A stretch of DNA of 21,161 nucleotides from Candidatus Hodarchaeota archaeon (GTDB taxonomy: Archaea > Asgardarchaeota > Heimdallarchaeia > Hodarchaeales > Hodarchaeaceae). The stretch is taken from contig JAEOTQ010000224.1 of assembly GCA_016839785.1 (NCBI GenBank), positions 1 through 21,161 on the forward strand, given 5' to 3'. Positions within the stretch are counted from its first letter, which is position 1; each line of letters begins with the position of its first letter. The notes beneath the pieces were generated by a model that was given only the letters and a program-made list of their open reading frames with translations, was not told the DNA's origin and searched no databases. Below are positions 7,716 through 16,477 of this stretch, one piece after another. The translations under genes and the position numbers were made by a program.

Positions 7716-8771
7716 CTAATCGCTTCCAGTTTTTGTTTTAATTACCTGACTTGTATCATCCATTAATGAGCGACCTGTAATATTAACAAAAACATCCTCA
7801 AGGGTCGTTTCCTTCTTGTCAATATTGCGAATGATTGCACCATTTGTCGTTAATGTGGATATAATCTCTGGTAAATTCTGATGACTATTTTCACAGGTAA
7901 TATTCAAGTAGGGTCTTTTCTCAGTAGATCCATTATTCATCTGTTTGACAAGAATTTGAGTAGACATGACTCCTGGCGTTAATTTCAGTGCAGTTTGAGC
8001 TTTTTCAGGTATTGTTCCCTCAACGCTTAGAATATCGTTTTTCTGTAACCCTTGCTTGAGATCCATTGGATCATCGAGAGCAATAATCTCACCATGGTCA
8101 ATTATTCCAACTCGTTGACACAATTCTTCAGCTTCATGCATCAGATGAGTACAGTATATAATCGTCTTATTATAATCTTCATTTTGCTCTTTCACAATTT
8201 TTCGTAGCCGACGAGCCTCTTTCACGTCCAGAGTGTTCGTAGGTTCATCAAGCATGAGTATTGGAGCATCATTTACAAGAGAACGAGCGAAAACCATCTT
8301 CATTTTTTGACCAGAAGAGTAAGTCTCAACTGTTCTATCAGCAATTTTGTCTAGTTCTAATAGTTCTATTAATGATTTTATTCGGTCTTTTCTGATGGAT
8401 TTAGGGACGTGATAAAGGGCCCCAAAATATTCTAAATTCTCTCTCCCAGTAAGTTTCCAGTATAATCCTCGTTCCCCCATGAGCATTGCCCCAATAGATG
8501 ACTTAATTTCTTTATCCTGATCTAAAGTGTAACCATTAACCTTAGCAATGCCTGAAGTAGGAAGGAGTAACGTTGTCAGAATTTTAATCAAAGTGGTTTT
8601 TCCCGCTCCGTTTGGTCCGAGTAATCCAAAAATTTCTCCCTGATCTACATCAAAAGTTACTCCCTTTAACGCCTTTACGACATTTTTTTCACTCTTGAAT
8701 ATACCTAGACGTTTTTTTGAAGAATAATGCTTTGATAAATCTTTTACTTCAATCATCTTACTTGTGGGCAT
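7716..8771 (-). CDS. ABC exporter ATP-binding protein (DrrA/NodI-like, with C-terminal extension)
   Basis: Walker A GPNGAGKTT, signature YSSGQ, Walker B ILMLDEPT, H-loop CTH, and C-terminal TLEDVFVNITGR. Confidence 0.95.
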   Translation of the reverse strand: MPTSKMIEVKDLSKHYSSKKRLGIFKSEKNVVKALKGVTFDVDQGEIFGLLGPNGAGKTTLIKILTTLLLPTSGIAKVNGYTLDQDKEIKSSIGAMLMGERGLYWKLTGRENLEYFGALYHVPKSIRKDRIKSLIELLELDKIADRTVETYSSGQKMKMVFARSLVNDAPILMLDEPTNTLDVKEARRLRKIVKEQNEDYNKTIIYCTHLMHEAEELCQRVGIIDHGEIIALDDPMDLKQGLQKNDILSVEGTIPEKAQTALKLTPGVMSTQILVKQMNNGSTEKRPYLNITCENSHQNLPEIISTLTTNGAIIRNIDKKETTLEDVFVNITGRSLMDDTSQVIKTKTGSD

Positions 8772-8796
8772 AATTTTGTAACACTCTCAATTATTA

Positions 8797-8824
8797 TGTA
8801 AGTGATTTACACTTTTGTTTATAA
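8797..8824 (-). promoter_or_regulatory. Candidate promoter of the ABC operon: TATA-like TTATAAA followed by the palindrome TGTAA-N5-TTACA
   Basis: Minus-strand TTATAAA at 8824-8818. Inverted repeat at 8797-8811 lies between it and ATG 8771. Confidence 0.4.
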
Positions 8825-8914
8825 GACATATTTTTTCGGCAATCAAAACACATCCAAACTGAAGGAATTACTTACTACCCAGAAACGAAGTCTAAGAGTA
8901 CGAATGTAGTAGTA

Positions 8915-8928
8915 CGAAGGTTTTTTAA
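8915..8928 (+). promoter_or_regulatory. Candidate archaeal BRE-TATA (CGAAGG-TTTTTTAA) upstream of the deoxynucleoside kinase
   Basis: Purine-rich hexamer directly followed by a T/A box. A separate SD-like AGAGGAG sits at 9024-9030 before ATG 9041. Confidence 0.35.
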
Positions 8929-9040
8929 CTCCCATCACCATTAACTATGTAGTAGATACTGAATTATATTTTGATCCAGAAGTACTAAATAAAAGAATAT
9001 ATCTGACTTATTTTTTTGGTTCTAGAGGAGAAAATTTCAA

Positions 9041-9721
9041 ATGGTTCAGCCATTAATCTGGGTAGATGGCATTATTGGAGCTGGAAAAACAACCGCGGTC
9101 ATAGAAATTGGAAACGCATTGAAATTAGAAATTTTCCAAGAACCGTTGAACGAAGATTTACTTAAAATTTACTATGAAGATCAGAATCGGTGGGGTTTTT
9201 CCTTTCAGATTGATATGTTGAATAAACGCTTTGCAGTACAATCGAACGCAGCATTTAGTACTCAACACCGAAATGGTGCAATAATTGACAGAGCACTGCC
9301 AGGAGATCGTGTGTTTGCACAAATGTTGATGAAAGATAAAAAAATTCATCCTATCAACTGGGAAATTTATGAAACTGCCTATAACATGTTTATTCAATCC
9401 TTGATCCCGCCTAATCTATTGATTTTCTTAGACGTTACTCCAGAAGTAGCATATCAAAGAATAAAAGGAAGAAGTCGAGAAGCAGAAGATAGTTCTCTTC
9501 TTCCAATGTCTTATTTACGACGTCTTCATTCCGAATATCAAAAATTACTTACAGAATTGGTCTCAGGCGAGCATCCTTGGAGCTCTCAGATGGAGATATG
9601 GTTAATAGACTGGAATGAGGACTGGCGATCAATGAAACCAATGATTGAAAACATTAAAATTCATTTCCGAGTCTTAAATTTCTTCTACCAAAAGACAAAA
9701 GAGACTATCTTAGTATACTAG
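9041..9721 (+). CDS. Deoxynucleoside kinase (dAK/dGK/dCK family)
   Basis: P-loop DGIIGAGKTT; FQEP; YYEDQNRWGFSFQIDML; IIDRALPGDRVFAQML; PNLLIFLD; lid region RIKGRSREAE; YLRRLHSEY. Confidence 0.9.
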   Translation: MVQPLIWVDGIIGAGKTTAVIEIGNALKLEIFQEPLNEDLLKIYYEDQNRWGFSFQIDMLNKRFAVQSNAAFSTQHRNGAIIDRALPGDRVFAQMLMKDKKIHPINWEIYETAYNMFIQSLIPPNLLIFLDVTPEVAYQRIKGRSREAEDSSLLPMSYLRRLHSEYQKLLTELVSGEHPWSSQMEIWLIDWNEDWRSMKPMIENIKIHFRVLNFFYQKTKETILVY

Positions 9722-9729
9722 ATAATCTC

Positions 9730-9772
9730 AAAAAAAGAATTGAGGGGAGAATCGAATAATATGTTTCTCCTT
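9730..9772 (-). terminator. Hairpin plus U-tract downstream of the thiolase, between convergent genes
   Basis: Minus strand reads GGAGAA-N13-TTCTCC, then after about 9 nt a T7 tract (A7 at 9730-9736 on the plus strand). Confidence 0.5.
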
Positions 9773-9784
9773 AGATGTATTAGA

Positions 9785-10960
9785 CTAGCGCTCTATAATC
9801 ATACTCATCGCCTCTCCACCACCAAGGCATATAGTTGCCAATCCTTTTTTGCCATTACGTTTTGCAAGTTCATGGTAGAGTGTTACTAAGATTCTCGTAC
9901 CTGAGCAACCTAATGGATGACCAAGGGCAACGGCTCCACCATTGACATTGAACTTATCATTAGAGATATTTAATTCATTTCTCACTGCACAGCTTGCTGA
10001 GGCAAAAGCTTCATTGTGCTCGATCAAATCAAAATCGTCGATATTATGATCTGTTTTCTTTAAGAGTTGTTGAACACCTTCAATCGGTGCTTCCATGACC
10101 CATTCCGGTTTAGTGGCGTTGGTTCCATATGCTGATATATGTGCTAGGATTGTAATCCCTTTTTCTTTGGCTAATTCTTCTGACATGATTACCATTGCAC
10201 TTGCTCCATCAGATATCTGTGAAGCATTACCAGCTGTTACTTTACCTTCTTTTGAAAACGCTGGCCGCAATTTTGCCAGTGCTTCCAATGTTGTGTTTGG
10301 TCGAATCCCTTCGTCTTCTTTAACCGTAATTGTACCTTTGCGTGTCTTTATCTCAACAGGAACAATTTCATCCTTAAATTTTCCATCTTTCGTAGCTTTA
10401 TGTGCCCGTTGATGAGATTGATACGCAAATTCATCCATTTCCTCCCTACTTATCTTGTATCTCTTCGATACAATATCTCCTGTATTACCCATTGCCATAT
10501 CATTGTAAATATCATACAATCCATCATGATACATTGCATCAATGAGTTGATTGTTTCCATAACGATATCCTTGTCTCCCTTTTAACAATAAATATGGAGC
10601 CATAGACATATTTTCTGTCCCACCTGCCACTACTATATCCATATCCCCAGTTTTAATCATTTGAGTTGCCCATATGACAGATGCCATACCAGATCCACAT
10701 ACTTTATTAATAGTGATAGCTCCTGTTGAAACTGGAAGATCTGCATATATACTTGCTTGTCGGGCGGTATTTTGAGCACATCCTGCCGATATAACTTGGC
10801 CCATAATGACATGATCAATATCTTTCACATCGAGAGATGATCGTTTAACTGCTTCTCTTATAACTACTGAACCTAAATTAGCAGCTGAAAAATTAGAGAA
10901 AGCTCCCATCATTTTTCCCATAGGAGTTCTTGCTAAGCTTACAATTACTGGTTTATTCAA
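9785..10960 (-). CDS. Acetyl-CoA C-acetyltransferase (thiolase II-like, bacterial-type)
   Basis: INKVCGSG (catalytic Cys), VTAGNASQISDGAS, EHNEAFA, NVNGGAVALGHPLGCSG and CLGGG. TTG start preceded by GAGGT. Confidence 0.95.
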   Translation of the reverse strand: MNKPVIVSLARTPMGKMMGAFSNFSAANLGSVVIREAVKRSSLDVKDIDHVIMGQVISAGCAQNTARQASIYADLPVSTGAITINKVCGSGMASVIWATQMIKTGDMDIVVAGGTENMSMAPYLLLKGRQGYRYGNNQLIDAMYHDGLYDIYNDMAMGNTGDIVSKRYKISREEMDEFAYQSHQRAHKATKDGKFKDEIVPVEIKTRKGTITVKEDEGIRPNTTLEALAKLRPAFSKEGKVTAGNASQISDGASAMVIMSEELAKEKGITILAHISAYGTNATKPEWVMEAPIEGVQQLLKKTDHNIDDFDLIEHNEAFASASCAVRNELNISNDKFNVNGGAVALGHPLGCSGTRILVTLYHELAKRNGKKGLATICLGGGEAMSMIIER

Positions 10961-11043
10961 TATATCGACCTCATTTATGTATAACAGGCTCGCCTTTTCT
11001 CTAGAATTTATTATTTCCTAGAAATTCTTCGCTCCTGAGAAAC

Positions 11044-11261
11044 TTCTTTTAAAAGGGGGTGTCAATGCAGGAAAGCTTTTTTTATTGGTTGTTAAGGAAC
11101 TAATGAAAGAATTGGTGTTAGTTACTAGTAATACTATGATGTAAATCCCCCTCTCATTTTCGTTGGTTTCATAGTTACAGCTTAGAAAAAATTGAGTGGG
11201 TTCATGACTCCTGCCATGAGCGAAATGATAAACGATTCCTTTATAAGGGGGTGTTATTGTA
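11044..11261. repeat. Imperfect 26-bp direct repeat pair with TATA-like cores in the divergent thiolase/GTPase intergenic region
   Basis: TTCTTTTAAAAGGGGGTGTCAATGCA (11044-11069) versus TTCCTTTATAAGGGGGTGTTATTGTA (11236-11261): 21/26 identical, 192 bp apart. Confidence 0.7.
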
Positions 11262-11365
11262 TTATTTTTCAAGTATCACCAACACATAACTCTAAAATAA
11301 AATCATAACCACAAAAGAAAAAGTAAAGAGGCCGGGAAAAATAACAGTTTGGGAAAAAAAGGAAG

Positions 11366-12058
11366 ATGAACCCAGGAGCAACGTCACGTCAGAAAAAATC
11401 TCTCTCAGGGACGAAAATACGAGCAAAGATCGTTCTGATTGGAGATGGAGGAGTTGGAAAAACTGCTCTCCGACGTGCATGGTTAGGTGAAGGTTTTAAG
11501 ACAGAGTATCTTATGACAATTGGTGCTGATTTTGCATCCCAAGAGGTAACGTACTATCACTCTCCCACTAGAACTGCATATGACATAAAATTCCAAGTGT
11601 GGGATTTAGCGGGTCAACCTCGGTTTAAAGCCGTACGAGATCTGTATTATCGGGGTGCTGTCGGAGCTTTATGCTTTTTTGATATCACTAATCAGGAATC
11701 ATATATGAATCTCGTTGAATGGATTCAAAGTTACTGGAACCTAAACGGGATTGGAAAAAGCCCCATACTAATTGTGGGTTCTAAATGCGATTTACGGGAT
11801 AATCCAGCTTTTCCACATCAGGTTTCCGCCCATTATGGAAAGGAATATGCCACAGAACTATCGAAACTACTTAAAGATAAATTAGGCTTTTCTGTTCATT
11901 ATCTAGAAACCTCATCAAAAGAAAGAATCAATGTTGATAAAGCTTTCAAAGTATTGGCTGGCGAGATCATTTCAAGTTATTCCTTTCAGGAAAAAAAAAG
12001 GAATGATAAATCCACAAGTCAAAAAAAAATGATCTCTGACCAAATTAGCTCTCGGTGA
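11366..12058 (+). CDS. Rab-like small GTPase (Ras superfamily, eukaryotic signature protein)
   Basis: G1 GDGGVGKT, G2/RabF1 TIGADF, RabF2/G3 KFQVWDLAGQ, RabF3-like RFKAVR, RabF4 YYRGA, RabF5-like FFDIT, G4 variant SKCD, G5 ETSSK. No C-terminal prenylation Cys. Confidence 0.93.
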   Translation: MNPGATSRQKKSLSGTKIRAKIVLIGDGGVGKTALRRAWLGEGFKTEYLMTIGADFASQEVTYYHSPTRTAYDIKFQVWDLAGQPRFKAVRDLYYRGAVGALCFFDITNQESYMNLVEWIQSYWNLNGIGKSPILIVGSKCDLRDNPAFPHQVSAHYGKEYATELSKLLKDKLGFSVHYLETSSKERINVDKAFKVLAGEIISSYSFQEKKRNDKSTSQKKMISDQISSR

Positions 12059-12192
12059 CAACGTAGATTTTCTTATTGATCTTTTCCTTTCGTCTCTTCT
12101 TCTAATAGAGAGAATAGCTTTAAATAAAGGTAAAACCTTAAAAGCAAGAAAAAAAGACATTTGATCTAAATTTTTCTTAAGAGAGGACAATC

Positions 12193-12990
12193 ATGAGTTT
12201 CATTAAGACGAAAAAAGAAGTTGAAAGAATTCAACGGTCAGAATTTACATTATTTGGAGCTAAGCTAGGTTTTGTTTATTGGTTAACGAATATGGATATT
12301 GTCAAAAAATTGCTTCCTCCACCACTAGAGCCAATTAAAGAGCCTTTAGTTCTCGCCTATATAGCTGATTTTCCAAAAATAAGCTTTGGATTACCTTATA
12401 AGGAGGGCGCAATTTTCCTTGCATGTCATTATCAGAATATTACTGGATTATATTGTCCTTCAATGATTGTCACTCATGATATTGCTATGGCAGGAGGACG
12501 TGAATTCTTTGGTTTTCCAAAAAAGATAGCCGATATCAATATGTCAATAGAAGAATCTTTTATTCGAGGAAGCATTAATCGACGGGGTATTGATTTCTTT
12601 AGTCTGGAAATTGATCTAACCGATGATTCGAATGCTGCAAAAGCTGGCGAGATATTGATGTCGCTTCGAGCAAATCCCGCTGGTACTCCCTATTATAATT
12701 TTATGTACCAATATTGTCCAGGAACTGGTAAGATTAAAGAACCAGTAAATCTAGTGGAATTTTATCTTGGATCAGAGAATGAAGAAGCATTTGATTATGG
12801 ATCTGGGGATGTTAAATTTCAACATTCAATTTTTGATCCATGGTATGAGGTGGAGGTTGAGAAAATGCTAGGTAGTTTTTATGTCGTCCACGACACGATT
12901 ATGAGAAGCGGGAAAATATTAACAGAAGTCGATGTAGAGAGCTATGCACCTTACGCTTACAAAATGTGGGATCCTCTCCCTGATGAGTAA
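12193..12990 (+). CDS. Acetoacetate decarboxylase (ADC) superfamily protein
   Basis: VKKLLPPPLEP, PYKEGAIF and AMAGGREFFGFPKKIADI, which carries the Schiff-base Lys in PKK. SD-like GAGAGGA upstream. Confidence 0.85.
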   Translation: MSFIKTKKEVERIQRSEFTLFGAKLGFVYWLTNMDIVKKLLPPPLEPIKEPLVLAYIADFPKISFGLPYKEGAIFLACHYQNITGLYCPSMIVTHDIAMAGGREFFGFPKKIADINMSIEESFIRGSINRRGIDFFSLEIDLTDDSNAAKAGEILMSLRANPAGTPYYNFMYQYCPGTGKIKEPVNLVEFYLGSENEEAFDYGSGDVKFQHSIFDPWYEVEVEKMLGSFYVVHDTIMRSGKILTEVDVESYAPYAYKMWDPLPDE

Positions 12991-13142
12991 TTTTTACACT
13001 GGTAAACAAATTTTACCTATACATAAATGCAAATTAATTTGATATATTCCTCAAAATTGGTTTGCGTACTTTGTAGATTTTTTGTAGCTACATAACATTC
13101 TTCAAAGATATGTTCCAATTTTGTATGTAAGATACCATGTAA

Positions 13143-14402
13143 ATGGTTCCTGACCATATGGAGATAAACTTCATGAAACAGTTAACAAAGATATTTAAGA
13201 CACTTAATTTTGATAAAGAAGCTCAAGAACAAAATGAAATGATTCTTGACATGGTTTACGAGCTCGCAATGAATGAAATCATTGAGAAAGAGCAAGATTG
13301 GGATGAAGAGGGGGCACACTTTGACCCTGCAACTAAAAAAGTCTCTTTTCCTTCAGGAATGATGGACCTATACAAAAAATGTCAACAGAACGACCTTTTT
13401 TCAATCATCGTGCCAGAAAAATATGATGGCTTTGGTCTTAGTTATACTCTATGGAACGCAGTTATCGAATTAATGGCTAGAGCCTCTCTCGCATTTTCCA
13501 TGTTTTTCCCCAGTCAAGGGCTAAATATAGAAATAATTAATAATTTCGGAACACCCGAGGCGAAGGAAAAATATTTACCGCTTCTCGCAAGTGGTGATGC
13601 CATAGGAGCAATGGCATTCTCTGAACCAAATGCAGGATCTGACATTTCGGCTGTAGGGACAAAAGCTGAGAAAGAAGGAGATTCATATTACTTAACAGGC
13701 AATAAAATTTGGCTCTCACATGGAGGAGCTGCTGGAACGTACATAACTTTTGCAGTAACCGATAAATCAGCTGGGCCAAAAGGATTGAGTGCCTTCATTG
13801 TGGATCCTAAAATTGCTAAAGAGAATATGGAAGTAGTTAGAATTGAGGAAAAAATGGGCTTACATGGATCCATTACATCTTCTATGGCATTGGATCGCGC
13901 AGAAGTTCCTAAAGAAAATCTCTTAGGAAAAGAAAATGATGGTTTCAGATTGATTCTCGGAAGTTTGGCTTCTAGTCGAATTGGTATTGCTGCGCAGTCG
14001 GTAGGAATCTCCGAAACTGCGCTTCAAGAGAGTATTAACTATTCTATGCAACGTACCCAATTTGGAAGGCCCATTGGAAAACATCAAGCTATTTCTTTCA
14101 TGTTGGCTGACATGGCAACAAAAGTACATCAAGCCCGTTTATTATATTTGAATACAGCTCACATGAAACATATGGGAGAAAACACACAGATCGAATCTTC
14201 GATGGCAAAATACTGGGCCACTGAACTGGCACAGAAAGTAACCTACGATGCTGTTCAAATTCATGGGGGTTATGGATATTCTCGTGAATATCGTGTTGAA
14301 CGATTGTTCAGAGACGCTATGGTATTAACGATTTACGAAGGTACTTCAGAAATGCAGAAGACAATTATTTCTCGCGGTACCTTATCTCGTGCTCAAAAGT
14401 AG
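13143..14402 (+). CDS. Acyl-CoA dehydrogenase
   Basis: VPEKYDG, AMAFSEPNAGSD, GNKIWLSHG, EEKMGLHGS, RIGIAAQSVG, RTQFGRPIGKHQAI, QIHGGYGYSREY, and IYEGTSEMQ with the catalytic Glu. Confidence 0.96.
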   Translation: MVPDHMEINFMKQLTKIFKTLNFDKEAQEQNEMILDMVYELAMNEIIEKEQDWDEEGAHFDPATKKVSFPSGMMDLYKKCQQNDLFSIIVPEKYDGFGLSYTLWNAVIELMARASLAFSMFFPSQGLNIEIINNFGTPEAKEKYLPLLASGDAIGAMAFSEPNAGSDISAVGTKAEKEGDSYYLTGNKIWLSHGGAAGTYITFAVTDKSAGPKGLSAFIVDPKIAKENMEVVRIEEKMGLHGSITSSMALDRAEVPKENLLGKENDGFRLILGSLASSRIGIAAQSVGISETALQESINYSMQRTQFGRPIGKHQAISFMLADMATKVHQARLLYLNTAHMKHMGENTQIESSMAKYWATELAQKVTYDAVQIHGGYGYSREYRVERLFRDAMVLTIYEGTSEMQKTIISRGTLSRAQK

Positions 14403-14426
14403 ATTAAAATAATGGATGGTTGAAGA

Positions 14427-15227
14427 TTGAATATTTTAGTTTTTGTAAAAGCAACAATTGATCGAAACGCTCCTTTGGATCCTGATGAGACTTTTCCAGG
14501 AGATCGGGATGATAAGAGCGATGTTATGACAAATAACTATGATAAGAATGCAATTGAAGCGGCATTACGAATAATAGAAGAGAAAGGTGAGGGTAAAGTA
14601 ACAGCAGTATGTCTTGGATCAGACATGGCAGATAAGGTCGTCAAAGAAGCAATTGCCATGGGATGTCATGAAGCCATACGAATTGAGAACTCAAAGGCAG
14701 AAGTAACTCATTTCTACTCTGTTGCAAAAATTCTGGCTGCTGCAGCCAAAAAAGTGGGTGAATTTGATTTACTACTGTTTGGAATGCAGAGTTATGACTA
14801 TGGGACAGCCACTATGGCACCTATGGTTTCTGAATTTCTTGATCTTCCTCTAGCCTGTTGGGTTGAGAAAATAGCCTTTAATGATGGAAAGGTCATAGTT
14901 GATAAGGTTATAGAAGGCGGAATTCGTAAAGTTGAAGTAAAAATGCCTGCTGTTCTCAGTATAGCGAGTTCTGGAGATTTCGAAGAACCTAGATATACCA
15001 GTGTCAGACGAATTATGAAAGCGAGTAAAACTGCTGTTCCAGTTTGGGAAATTGCTGATCTGGGAATTGAAGAAAAGAAGCCCTCTGTAGAATTCGACGA
15101 TATTGAAGAACCACCAGCAAGGACTGAGAAGTGCGTCATTTTTGATGATGGTGATGCCAGCGAATTAGTCGGCGAATTACTTGGAGCCTTGAAAGAGAAG
15201 GGTTTGAATATAGGAGCATACAAATAG
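14427..15227 (+). CDS. etfB: Electron transfer flavoprotein beta subunit
   Basis: MNILVFVK, NNYDKNAIEAAL, EAIAMGCHEA, GMQSYDYGTA and EPRYTSVRRIMKA. TTG start; located between the ACAD gene and etfA. Confidence 0.93.
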   Translation: MNILVFVKATIDRNAPLDPDETFPGDRDDKSDVMTNNYDKNAIEAALRIIEEKGEGKVTAVCLGSDMADKVVKEAIAMGCHEAIRIENSKAEVTHFYSVAKILAAAAKKVGEFDLLLFGMQSYDYGTATMAPMVSEFLDLPLACWVEKIAFNDGKVIVDKVIEGGIRKVEVKMPAVLSIASSGDFEEPRYTSVRRIMKASKTAVPVWEIADLGIEEKKPSVEFDDIEEPPARTEKCVIFDDGDASELVGELLGALKEKGLNIGAYK

Positions 15228-15238
15228 GGTGATTCAAA

Positions 15239-16204
15239 ATGGCAAAAATATTAATTATTTTAGAAAATGCGAAAGGTAAAATCGTTGGACTAACAAAAGA
15301 ATGTCTTACAGTAGTTCAGAAGCTAGCTGGAGAATTAGAAGCAGAAGTTGAAGGAGTCATTCTTGGACAAGATATAGGTAGTTTAGCGCAAGAAGCCGGA
15401 ACATACGGTGTGAAGAAAGTCTATAAAGTTGATGATGCCCAGTTTAGTGGAATCAACATTCTCTATCATACACGTACAATTGAGGCCTTGATTAAAGAGA
15501 CCAATCCAACATTAGTTATTGGCGGGGCAAGTCTTTATGGTCAGGAACTCGTTCCTCGATTAGCAGCAAGATTTGACAAAGCCATGTTTGCCTCAGTAAA
15601 AAGTTTAACCTTTGATGATGACGAATATGAAGGAATTCATCCCTTGTTTGAAGAAAAGTTATTTATCTCCATGGAAGGATCAGCTGGGGAATTAACATTT
15701 GCTACTATCCTTGGGGGTAATAATCCTGAAGCCGAACCTGATGATGGATTATCTGCTGAAGTTGTTGATTTTTCCCCAGTAATTCAAGATTCGGATAAAC
15801 GTGAATCTTTTGTTGAAGAGACTATTGCCAAAGTGTCTGTGGATATTACTAAGGCGAAGCTTCTTGTCAGTGGTGGCCGTGGTGTCGGTAGTGCAGAGAA
15901 GTTCGCAGTCATTACTGAAGCTGCAAAAGCCCTTGGTGGTGAAGTCGGTGCCAGTCGAGCTGCTGTTGATGCAGGTTGGGTTGTATATGATCACGAAATC
16001 GGTCAAACAGGAAAAACTGTCACACCCGATTTTTACATTGCCTGCGGAATTTCTGGCGCTATCCAGCATCTTGTTGGTATGAGAAATAGTAAAACCATCA
16101 TCGTGATCAACACAGATGAAGAAGCGCCCATTATCGAAATGGCTCATTATGCTATCATCGGAGATCTTCACGAAGTCCTTCCCGAATTGATGAAATCGGT
16201 TTAG
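15239..16204 (+). CDS. etfA: Electron transfer flavoprotein alpha subunit
   Basis: LVSGGRGVG, VGASRAAVDAGW, IGQTGKTVTPDFYIACGISGAIQHLVGM and INTDEEAPI. SD GGGTGA upstream. Confidence 0.96.
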   Translation: MAKILIILENAKGKIVGLTKECLTVVQKLAGELEAEVEGVILGQDIGSLAQEAGTYGVKKVYKVDDAQFSGINILYHTRTIEALIKETNPTLVIGGASLYGQELVPRLAARFDKAMFASVKSLTFDDDEYEGIHPLFEEKLFISMEGSAGELTFATILGGNNPEAEPDDGLSAEVVDFSPVIQDSDKRESFVEETIAKVSVDITKAKLLVSGGRGVGSAEKFAVITEAAKALGGEVGASRAAVDAGWVVYDHEIGQTGKTVTPDFYIACGISGAIQHLVGMRNSKTIIVINTDEEAPIIEMAHYAIIGDLHEVLPELMKSV

Positions 16205-16214
16205 CGATTCATTA

Positions 16215-16266
16215 ATTCTCTCTTTTCTTTTCTCTTTGGATTACTCCTATATTTCCTTTCTTCTTT
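16215..16266 (+). terminator. Pyrimidine/U-rich archaeal-type terminator after etfA
   Basis: ttctctcttttcttttctcttt...tttcctttcttcttt immediately downstream of the stop codon. Confidence 0.45.
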
Positions 16267-16477
16267 GAATGGATTCGTAATTATCTTTCAACTGAATTAT
16301 GAGCCGCAAATATTCAAATAAGTAAGGGAGATCCCAAACTTAACTTTCTGAAATATACCAAAATGAGCCAGATCTTCTCGAATCGGAATTTATTAGCAAA
16401 AATCCTTTTCATATGGTCTTGAATCACCATCTGTCAAGAGAAAAATACACGGAAGATAGAGATGCTCTTTAAAACGA

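Noticed and set aside
8869-8957. Repeated ATGTAGTAG (8904, 8947) and partial complement TACTTACTAC upstream of the deoxynucleoside kinase, as a possible riboswitch or ncRNA
   Set aside because: Only 9-bp matches, with no convincing multi-stem fold or known aptamer consensus.
9744-9772. 3' UTR hairpins as possible SECIS elements
   Set aside because: None of the adjacent genes has an in-frame TGA at a catalytic Cys position, and readthrough of terminal TGA codons gives only short, featureless extensions.
11018-11272. 84-aa minus-strand ORF in the thiolase/GTPase intergenic region
   Set aside because: TTG start, no recognisable motif, and it spans the repeated promoter-like elements. It is more likely regulatory DNA, although a small protein cannot be excluded.
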